From: Lobosporangium transversale
Taxonomy: Eukaryota
Direction: 5' to 3'
Length of the DNA stretch: 64,000 nt
Assembly (NCBI RefSeq): GCF_002105155.1
Contig: NW_019029000.1
Location: 558,001-622,000 of the forward strand
Shown one piece after another: positions 41,012-51,066 of the stretch. Every line of letters starts with the position of its first letter. Position 1 is the stretch's first letter. The notes below the pieces were generated by a model, which saw nothing but the letters and a program-made list of their open reading frames with translations, did not search any database and was not told where the DNA came from. A program made the position numbers and the translations under genes.

Positions 41012-43207
41012 ATGCTAGTGAACAACGGAGATATCATTGACATCAATTCATTTTCTCTAAACAAAACTACTTCATATTATAACGATCACATTTATAGCAT
41101 GCAATCTGACGATACTGAGACTGTCGTTTCTTCTTCAGAGTTTGACCGCGACACCATGGTCAGAGACTCGATCAAGGACAGGCACCTCTCTCACATCTCT
41201 GCTGACTCTGTCGCCACTACTGCATTTGGCGATGATGATGACGAGATGTACCACCATAAAGACCACCACCGCCGTAGTACATCCGGCTCTGAATCACTCT
41301 ACTCTGTCGTCACAGAGGCGACAGAACCCCATTCCATTGAAAAGTTCTCTACTCTAAATAAATCATCAACAACAATAATGGAAACGACGTCCATGACAGA
41401 TGCATCTACAACCGTAACAGTAGTAGGCTCTGATAGCCCTCTGTTGGCTATCCCAAAAGATGAGCAACTCGACCCTTGGGCTTCTAATTCATATGATCAG
41501 GAAGACTTGACCAAAAAAATATATTTTAAGCGGTCCGATAGTGACAAAGAGGATAGCGTCACTGACTTGGCATCAGCCATCAACCCCACAGCAGCAAATC
41601 CCCCATCATTGTCATCACCAGACGGCGCAGCAGGCTTTGTTGGAGATCGAACCGAAGCTGATACGTTGGCCCGGTTGGACCATGAGTTTGAGATGCTGAC
41701 CAAAGGCCAGTCCATCCAGATTACAACCACAACTAGCTCCGCCCTTGGACTAGATTTTGACAGAGAGCAGTTAGACGATCCGCGAGGGATCGTAGAGCGC
41801 TCCATCCCAGACAAGGACAAAAAAATCAAAATGTCCAAATTATTTTCACGAGCTGCTTCAAACGGAGACATGAACAGGATTGCCGACATGCTCGACAACT
41901 TTCGGGACTGGATTGATATCGAGGCTCAAGACGAAGATGGCACTACCCCCTTGATCTATGCCGCATGCTTTGGCCATACAGAAATTGCGTTTATGCTATT
42001 GGAGGCCGGAGCTAAAGTCGATGCGCGTGACAAGTTTGGATGGACAGCTCTTGTCTGGGCCACAAACAATAAGCACGAGAACATTATACGACTGCTGTTA
42101 GAGATGGGCGCATCCACCTCTGCACAGACGGCGAAAGGACATACAATTGTTGATTTCCTGCGCCACGATCCTAACGATAACACCAAAATTGTACAAATCT
42201 TCCAGGAGCCTAGCCGACGCGACAGTGTCTCAAGTAATGGATCAATGTTCAGAACCACCCTTTCGTCTTTGGGCGATGATCTCTTCTACCAGAGTGGCAT
42301 CGAGGGTTTTGAAGAGATCATGGCTGAAAACGAGCGACGTTATCGCATGGCGATGGAAAGCGCTAGTGCGTTTGAAGTTGATATGGCAGATCTATCTTTG
42401 GCTGACCAGGTTCGTTTCTTGTCTATTTTTTTTTTTTTTTTTTTTTTTTTTTCCTTCTTTGACTCTGCGGTTGTGCAACATTGGGCGGTGTCAGGTTGTT
42501 TGGATCATGTTTCTTTGACATGCCTTGTGCTCCATGTTTTTGTTTATTTGGTTAATTCGGCATTTCTCTTTTTGAAGTTCGGCCTTACTGTTCTTACTGT
42601 TTCGATTGTCAAGGAGAGCGGTTACAAAAAAGGGGGAACTTTTCTGCAGAGAAAAAAAAAGCTATTTTTGAAAAAAGGGCTTAGTGAGGGTTACAAAATT
42701 CTATGAGGGGTAAAGAAAGGAAGCAGATGAGCATATTTTGCATGTTTAGATGAAAAATAATGCGCACATGGGTAGAAGCTGCACTCCTTTTTTTTTTTTT
42801 TTTTTTTTTGCAAAGACTGACCTCATTCATATCACATCACAACAATAGCCACAGTTGGATGATGAAGGCGAATTTGACTGGGAAAACTGTCTACCGGATC
42901 AGATGTTTGTGTTTTCGAACAAAGACATCAAGCACATCATTGATACGATCATCACAAACATGGAACCAAGTCGTTCTAGATCTCACAAGCCCGTACCAGC
43001 CTATGTTTTGTTCCTAGCAGCAAGATTTGCACATTACTTCAGCTCTCCAGAACTGTTGGACGAGTTGCTGGAAGCAGCCTTGCCAGCCATCCATTCGGTT
43101 ACAAGGGTAAATTCATTTTTACGACTACGTTAAATACATGTTGCTTTGCTTGTAAACGGTAAAAGCTTGCGCAGATCAGTCGTTTCTAACAGTATGGTTC
43201 ATCTGAT

Positions 43208-43242
<35 letters not shown>

Positions 43243-44685
43243 ATCAACGTCTCCATGGCTATAACTCCTTTTGATCATTCTTTCTTGTTGCAGAGCAAGC
43301 CAGAAGATATGACACTGACAGCATACTGGATTTCCAATACTAGCGTTCTGTTGCATTTCTTCCGCAAAGATCCTGGGCTCAGTCAGGTGACAGATTTTTA
43401 CCAACTGAAGATTGAGGCCATGATACTGGATATGGTCCAAATGATTGTTTTGGATGCAGAACGACGCATCGAGAAAATTCTTGAGCCCGCCATGTTGGAC
43501 CATGATACGATCCAGGGGTTGGAGGAAGTCAAGTTTCAATCAGATTGGGCTTTCTTATGGAGGGGTAGCATAGGCAAAGCGACGGGCAAGAGCAACAGCA
43601 ACAACAACACTATAAGTAAGCGGATAAGCTCATCATTATCACCCACTGCGGGATCAACACCAACAATCCCAAACGGATCGAGTACAACAACAACATCTAG
43701 TGCCAATTCAAGTTCGACTTCACCCTCAATGAATCCACGACCACTGGGCAGAACATCATCACAAACAAAAGTTCCATTATCAGCCGCTACTCGACCTCCC
43801 TCACCCAGACAGCGCCGCATCTCACCCAGGACTATTACAACCATGTTATCGTCCCTCCTGTTTGTGATGCAGACATATGATGTCCATCCAGACATTATTC
43901 ACTACATTGTTGCACAGATATTACACTATGTCTCGTGTGAAGTGTTCAATCGAATGATGGCTAACAAGAAGATGTTATCAAGGTCAAAAGCACTTCAAAC
44001 TCGCCTGAATCTGTCGATCTTGGAGGATTGGATACGTGTAAACCACCTACCTACCAAGCTGGTAGAGGAACAATTTGCGCCGTTGATTCAATTATTACAG
44101 CTACTACAAGTGTTGTCATTGCAAGAGGATTTCCCCACTTGGATCGATACACTCAAGAAGCTTGACTTGTTGAATCCTATCCAGGTGAAACGTGTAGTGA
44201 ACGCATACCGATTTGAGGTTAATGAACCGAGGTTGAGTGAAGAAATTACTCAATATGTGTTACAGGTGGCAGCGGATACAGAGAGGATGGTCCGGAGACA
44301 GATGATGGACCGGAAACGAGAGCGACCGTTGACGATGATTTCATTTATAGAGCCACCACAACAGAACGATAGTAATGGTGGGGCATCCACTGAGGAAGGC
44401 GAATTGAAGCAAGGAGGCCATGCCAAGTCTCGGACGAGTTTAGGACTCACTTCAGTCCCAATTGCCACTTCGTTGACCGAGGTAGAGAAAGCAAGGGCGA
44501 AGCAGCGTCAGCGTGAGCAAGAAGAAGAAGCATTGTTGTTGTCAGAGACTAGGAATAGTAAGAAATGGCTACCGCTCAAGATTCCTGAGAATATGGCGGA
44601 ACGCGAGAATGGAGTCGAGCGAGTGTTTGTACCGTTGATCCCTGAGGAGATGATGTCGATGCTGGACACCTACTCGTCTCCTTGA
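41012..44685 (+). CDS. Ankyrin-repeat + DIL (dilute) domain protein, 3 exons
   Basis: Ankyrin repeats (DEDGTTPLIYAACFGH, DKFGWTALVWA), FDWENCLPDQMFVF, and a DIL domain (VFNRMM..LSRSKALQTRLNLSILEDW..LIQLLQLLQ..LNPIQV). Introns ~42410-42848 and ~43108-43293. Start codon uncertain. Confidence 0.85.
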
Positions 44686-44991
44686 GGAATGAGAAAAGTA
44701 TAAAAATAATACCAATGAAGACAAATTACAGTAAACATTTTGTATAGAATTAAAAGAAAAAGAAAAAAAGAACCTCTGTACTGTGACACTCATTTGATAC
44801 ACCCTATCCTCCATTTCTCCTTGCACACACACACACACACTTTTTCTCCAATCAATAATTCTCATTTGACAAAGATACGATTAGAGAAACTACGATGATT
44901 GCCATCTTCTTTTCTTTTCAGATTGCTTCTTCCTTGCTTCATTAGATCTGACGTACAGTTCACCTTTCTCCACCCCTGCAGTGACGAAGGC

Positions 44992-46163
44992 TTAGTAACA
45001 GGAGGAACCTGAGGAATAATCATTTTGATAAGATAAATTGAGAGGTACTTTGGCCGACCTTAGCAACCTTGAACATCGGATATTTTCAGCACCGAATGGT
45101 TGCATGATAGCCGTTGAGTTTGGTATCTCAAGTTTGGTGAACCAACTACTGACTAACTCTGTGGTCATATAATCTGTTGGCCCAAAGACGGTGTCCATAT
45201 CCTTGGTCATGTCGACTGTCAGTGTCCTAGATCGGTACTGGCTGTGATGGGTAAAAATAAGAACAAGAAATGTTGGTTACGTAGCCAGAATAAACGATTT
45301 CCTTTATCAGAATCCGTTGTATTGCTGCAGAAGAGCATTGTTACGCAATCAGTTCTCATAACCTTTCGTCCTTTTACTCGACCATTGGATATTGTCTTGC
45401 TTACCACTGTCTTAAGATAGAGACTTATTTCTTCCATGTGAAAGGTATGCGAGAACAGCTCAGCACATTTTGCCTTGGATGATATTTATGAAGCTCTTCC
45501 ATGTCAACATTTCCCACTCTCTCAAAGACCAATGCATTGCCCGAGAGAGTACCTGCTCTTGAAATTAAGCAACCACCATTCGAGAACTTGAAATCTTTGG
45601 TAGGTCTTGATGATAGAGCAATGTAGATTCACTATACGTAACAATCGCTGTTCTTTTGATACGTGCGTCAGTAAAAGGTTTGCCTGAAGGTGAAAGGGGA
45701 AGAGAAGTATTGTTATCAGTGTGCGTGAGAAAAAGGAATCAGAGTCACCCAACAAGTTAATACTTCATACCGATTTTTAAGCACCCCTTCATCTAATCCT
45801 TAATGACATCCTCGATAGCCTCCAGCGTTTGATTGCCAATTTGGACACTTTCCTTGGTTGCAGAATGGCCCACCTCTTTTGCTTGCTCTCGCCCAATGGG
45901 TTCTTCTTGGCCTATCGGCAGTACTTTATTTTTATTTTTATTTTATTTTTATTTTTGTTTTTATTTTTGTTTTTATTTTTATTTTTATTTTTTATTCTAT
46001 TATTCTATGGAATCAGAATGTGTGGGATTATGCTTTTTCTCTTTACCGAAATTTTTGATGATCTCTTGCTTCTGTTGAGTAGTATATTGAACTCTGCTAT
46101 TCTCTGCATCATTGGTAGTCTTTTACCCTTGGTAGACTTGTCTTCACGTTGGGTCATAGTCAT
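44992..46163 (-). pseudogene. Possible degenerate multi-exon gene remnant of unknown family
   Basis: Coding-like blocks bounded by GT/AG signals (e.g. QEEPIGREQAKEVGHSATKESVQIGNQTLEAIEDVIKD*, GKPFTDARIKRTAIVTYSE..VVA*) that contain in-frame stops. Confidence 0.3.
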
Positions 46164-46854
46164 ATTGTTTGGATAGAAGTTGGTATTTTTTTTTTTTTAC
46201 TTGATTGAATTAAATGGGCTCTATGAATTTACTTTGACATTGACATTAAGGACGAAGAATCCTTTTTGTCAAAGACGGACTGAAATGTATTTGATATCAT
46301 TAACTGTCGATTTCACTTTTATCTTGAGATCTTGAAAAGGAAGGGTTATTGACAATGCCTCTTTATTAATATTGATCTTTTGTCCCGTCAATGTCTGTGA
46401 TCCCAACTTTAACTCTCAACCTATTTTTCTAGAATTATAGCCAATATATAAAATATGTAGTTAAGACAGCGAGAAAGATATTTTTTCAATACTGCATTGA
46501 AAGAATGATTATTATATTTGTCCTTATGCTTTATTAATTGCGTGTCAAATTCGTGATTCTTGGTGGAAAGATTAATAGTTTGAGATGCATCACTTTGCTT
46601 GACTTTTTGGCTCCGTTTTCCTTCTCCATTTCCAAGGAAAATAGCTGGGTGGTTAAAAGTGAATTTGGGTCAAGGGTGGGGAGGCTGAAAAAGAGGTATT
46701 TAATTGGTGCTTTGCCATTGTTCATTTCTGCCATTCGAATGCCTCCGCCGTGTACCTTGATAGCCGTCTGACGCTTCACTGATGGATGACACCAGCCATT
46801 ACGCTCTGCTTTGTTTATATTAACAGGTGACATATAAATCCAAGCAACCAGCGC

Positions 46855-46886
<32 letters not shown>

Positions 46887-46936
46887 CGATATTCAATATT
46901 CCAGTACTTTTCTCTACAATAGTGAAAAAGTTTACC

Positions 46937-47154
46937 ATGGCCTCGTCCCCGCTTACTTCCACCGGTTACACCTCAGTTGCTACTCCTATTGATGCAACAA
47001 CAGCAACTTTAACCCCTACTCTAGTTCCGATTCCTGTCCCTATTCCTGCAAACCTTGAAGAACTAGTAAGACTACTTCATGAAGAGCTTGGAAATAAGGG
47101 TTTGAGCTGCGAAGGGGTAGATGTGGAACGGGTCAAAACTTTGATGTCCAACTA
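46937..47154 (+). pseudogene. CDO1: Cysteine dioxygenase-like 5' coding segment, interrupted by transposon insertion at TA 47153-47154
   Basis: PANLEELVRLLHEELGNKGLSCEGVDVERVKTLMSNY resembles the N-terminal helices of cysteine dioxygenases. Similarity ends exactly where a Tc1-like TIR begins. The cupin core is not in the window. Confidence 0.6.
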
Positions 47155-47342
47155 TAGTGCGTGCCAAAACTGATGCAATAAATTGCATTTTTCAACATTC
47201 ATTCCTCATTCTCCTTCTTCTTCTTTATGATCTTCCCTGCCACCACCGTTTCTCATTCTCATTTGTCTCACCTCCATGGAGTCTCATCGTCATCGCCATC
47301 AGTGGCCTAATTAGCATTTAATTGCAATTTGCTTTCAGCATC
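47155..47342. mobile_element. Tc1/mariner element C, one terminal arm only (remainder beyond window)
   Basis: After TA, TAGTGCGTGCCAAAACTGATGCAAT aligns without gaps to the other two Tc1 termini (CACTATCATGCAAAACTGATTCAAT, CAGTGGTCATCAAAAGTCATTCAAT), followed by similar CTCATTC-rich sequence. Confidence 0.6.
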
Positions 47343-47428
47343 TGTAATAATTAAGAGAGACAAAAGATGATTTTATTATAATTATTAAAACAAGCCTTTT
47401 TATAGGCTTAAGGCTATATACTGTCACA
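47343..47428 (-). repeat. Putative 3' LTR of chromovirus A (~86 bp)
   Basis: TG...CA ends, PPT immediately upstream on the minus strand, internal TATAAAAAGG and AATAAA. The partner LTR is outside the window. Confidence 0.55.
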
Positions 47429-49434
47429 CCTTCCCATTTTAAAAAAAAAATTATAGTCCATGTGTTTTCTTGTATTTTTTCAGCACCCTAGTGCAGTTTG
47501 TAAGGGTGCTCTCTGGCTGCCAAGTGGAGTCCTCTCTAGGGTAGCCTTTCCGTTTAATGAGGAACTCCTGGCGATTGCTACTGAATCGATGGTCTAAAAT
47601 AGCTTCGACCTCGTATTCCTCTTCATCATCAATAATTTCAGGCAGTGCTCCTAATCGATTCGATACAACCGAAATTGAATGGGATTGAATGCATTCGATT
47701 CGGTTTCGGCTCAGGGTAAGTTTGTACCGAAATTGAATGCTCCATTCCTGTATCGAATCGAATGAATCGAATGTGTTGAATGATACCCCTAATGTGTAGC
47801 ATGGGTCGTATGATTATATCGAATGCATCGAATGTATCGAAACCGTTTACCGAATGTATCGAACCGATTTTTTAAGCGCATCGAATGTATCTATGCACTA
47901 TTTAATACGACTATATCGGCTTTTTGAATAAAAAACTTGACAGGTTAGAATGGGCTTACACAATTTGATGCGCCACGGTACATTCGACTAACGTTCAAAT
48001 GTTGGAATTATATTTAAATTTTGACTTATCACTTATAACGAATGTATACAGAACTATAGCAACTAATTTATGGGAGAACATTCATCCAAGAGTCCAGGAT
48101 GACCAAGCGCTGGATCGTCGTAGGGCTAAGGCTATTTCTTTCAGGTGACAGGAAGAACTTGGCTTGCGAAAAGCATCTTTCTGCCGGGGTTGATGTCACA
48201 GGGACTGCAAGATAGTCCTTTGCCATATTCGCCAAATTGGGCAAGCGCTCCTTTTGTGATCGCCAGTACACTAACTCTGGAGGCTCATGTTTACTAGCAA
48301 CTAGAGAACTTCCTTCTCGAACGTATAATTCAAGCTCTCCACCTTTTTTCTTGATATCATAGCGTCTCATCTCCACTTCTTCTTCAGCTGGAAGCTGACT
48401 TGGGCCTTCTTTGCCCTTATATTCATCTTCCCAGACCTTCGTTACCATGTCTTGGCTGCTTTGAATATATTCACCCCATTCGTTAGCTTCCCACCAGTCA
48501 AACCGCATCCTCGGGTCCATAGCAGTGGCGACGGCATAGACCGCTGAGGAATCAGTTTTAGAATAATAACGCAAAAGCTTCTTTAACCCTTGACCTGCTG
48601 CGTTTTTTAGTGGAGGATCCTCTTCTTTTTCAATATAATCTTCTAGGTGGTCGATCATGTTGTTGTAAGCAGACATGGCTCTGTTGATTGTCGGGTATCC
48701 CAGGCTAGAAGACACCGTCGCTGTGATATCATTAAACTGGCTAAGCAAAATATGGAGCTTCTTCAGGTATCCCCATTCTTCGTCTTTCAGGGAGAAGGCC
48801 GATAAAAACGGTTCGTTCTGGCACATGCTCTGGTAGGCTAGCCTTAACGTTATTGCCCTATCCACCATGATGAAAGTAGAGTTCCAACGTGTGCAGTTAT
48901 CCCTTTTCAGTTCAAGGTTTGGGCATTTCAGGATAGCGCAGACCTGACCAAACTTGTCAATTCTTTGTGGCGAAGCTCTATGTATAAGTCGATATAAAAG
49001 GTATTTTATAGTTAAGTTTTATGATTCAAGTTTATATTTGCAGTCAAGATTATATAGTAATACTGACCTGATCTTAACAATGCCTTTTCTGAGTTTCTGT
49101 AATGTACTCAGCGTTACAAGCGTTAACCCAACCGCATCCTCACACTCATTGTTGTTCACGTAGAGACTGTCATTTTCAGGAGCCAAGTCATTCAAACCAC
49201 TTGGGCCCAAAATCGCCTGAACTGCCAGATTAATGATGTGTCCAAGGCATGGCACATGGTATAAGCCATCCTTGAGCGACCTAATGTTTTTTATTTTTAT
49301 TTATTTTTATTTTTTTTAAGAGAAGCGTTGGAGATAACTCATTACTAGATGCGCTAGCATTATTGAAAGTGACTGAGAATTACCATTCTACTGCCTTGGG
49401 ATGCTTTTCAAGCTCTCGGATCATTTTGGACATA

Positions 49435-51066
49435 CACTATCATGCAAAACTGATTCAATAATTCATTCCCATGTGCATTTCTTTTTTTCATTCCTAGAAA
49501 CCGTATATGCATACACCACTCATACTTTGGTTTAATAAAGCTCCCGTCTTCTTCTACGACATAGTGATGCGTTGTGACATTAGCTTGTCTCATTTGAATA
49601 GCTAATGACTTTTTTGTTCATGCAGGTCATTGAATCAGTTTCACATGTGGTCTAAAATGTTGCCCATGACAACTTTTGGACGTCATTTAATGCCAGTAAA
49701 AAAAGGACTTTTCTCTCTTTCCTTTATGAACACTTGCTTAACTCTCTCTTAACTATACCTTCACAGAATATGAGACCCACTCCACAAAGGAAAGTCAACG
49801 AAGCCAGGAGGTTAATGATGGGAGGCATGTCTACTAGAGAAACTGCTGCTAGTGTTGGTATATCAATAGCGACGGCCACCAGGATCTATGCACATAATAA
49901 GGAGTACATGCCAGTCAATAAAGGCGGTCGACCAAGGAAAGTACCCAGAGGTATCATGCAGTATCTTAAGGTGAACATGAAACGAGGTACACTCAAGTCT
50001 GCAGTTGAGGCCACCGTCAGAGCCAACCAGCTCATACCAGCGGCTGTTTCTGAGACCACCGTTAGACGACGGCTCAAGGAGTTAGGATTGACAGCAAAGA
50101 GGCGTGTACATAAGCCAGCTTTACGTCGACGGCATATTAAAGCCCGTTTGCATTTTCTCAACAAGTATAAGGAATGGACTCTGGAAGATTGGAAAAAGGT
50201 TATTTGGTCAGATGAATCGAAAATAAACCGAATCTGCTCTGATGGCGTGCAGTGGATCTGGGACGACAATCCGGGACGCCTCACTCGCAGGTCGGTGCAA
50301 GGCACTGTCAAGTTTGGGGGTGGTAATGTTAAAGTGTGGTCATGCTTCTCATGGTACGGACCTGGATACATTGCAAAGATTGACAATAATATGGACGCAC
50401 AACTTTACATCAAACTACTGCAGGAGGATCTACAGATGTCGCTTGATGACTGGGGCCTAACTAAAAGCGATATCGTCTTTCAGCACGACAATGACTCGAA
50501 GCACACGGCGAAGATTGTTAGGAAGTATTTGGAGTCAGTACATCTGACAGAAGAGGAAGGTACACTTCTAGAGTGGCCAGCACAATCCCCTGACCTCAAC
50601 CCTATTGAACACATGTGGGCAGAATTGGATAGGCGGCTCTCTAGGTATCCGGAGCGAGCTAAGAGCTGTGATGAACTATGGGAGCGAGTATCGGTTGAAT
50701 GGTACAGGATCCCAGTGGGCTTCTGCCGCAAACTCATCATAGGTATCCATAAGAGACTCCAAGCTGTCAGTGATGCCCATGGTTGGAATACTATCTATTG
50801 ATGTAAGGTTATGCCTCACAAAAGAATAAAGATCTTTGGCCACCGAATGGGCACATGTGAAACTGATTCAATGACCTGCATGAACAAAAAAGTCATTAGC
50901 TATTCAAATGAGACAAGCTAATGTCACAACGCATCACTATGTCGTAGAAGAAGACGGGAGTTTTATTAAACCAAAGTATGAGTGGTGTATGCATATACGG
51001 TTTCTAGGAATGAAAAAAAGAAATGCACATGGGAATGAATTATTGAATCAGTTTTGCATGATAGTG
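49435..51066 (+). mobile_element. Tc1/mariner element A (1632 bp), complete
   Basis: TA TSD (49433-34, 51067-68). ~215-bp TIRs (49435-49649, 50852-51066) with one mismatch seen. Confidence 0.95.
49770..50801 (+). CDS. Tc1-like transposase, intact, DD39E catalytic spacing
   Basis: HTH, GGRPRK, WSDESK, QHDN (D at 50487) and WPAQSPDLNPIE (E at 50607). No stops or frameshifts. Confidence 0.92.
   Translation: MRPTPQRKVNEARRLMMGGMSTRETAASVGISIATATRIYAHNKEYMPVNKGGRPRKVPRGIMQYLKVNMKRGTLKSAVEATVRANQLIPAAVSETTVRRRLKELGLTAKRRVHKPALRRRHIKARLHFLNKYKEWTLEDWKKVIWSDESKINRICSDGVQWIWDDNPGRLTRRSVQGTVKFGGGNVKVWSCFSWYGPGYIAKIDNNMDAQLYIKLLQEDLQMSLDDWGLTKSDIVFQHDNDSKHTAKIVRKYLESVHLTEEEGTLLEWPAQSPDLNPIEHMWAELDRRLSRYPERAKSCDELWERVSVEWYRIPVGFCRKLIIGIHKRLQAVSDAHGWNTIY

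Noticed and set aside
47655..47890. Repeated ATCGAATG/ACCGAA units (also 52515-52725) that look superficially like a CRISPR or satellite array
   Set aside because: Irregular spacing, no repeat-spacer periodicity, and located just inside the hAT TIRs. These are ordinary subterminal transposase-binding repeats.
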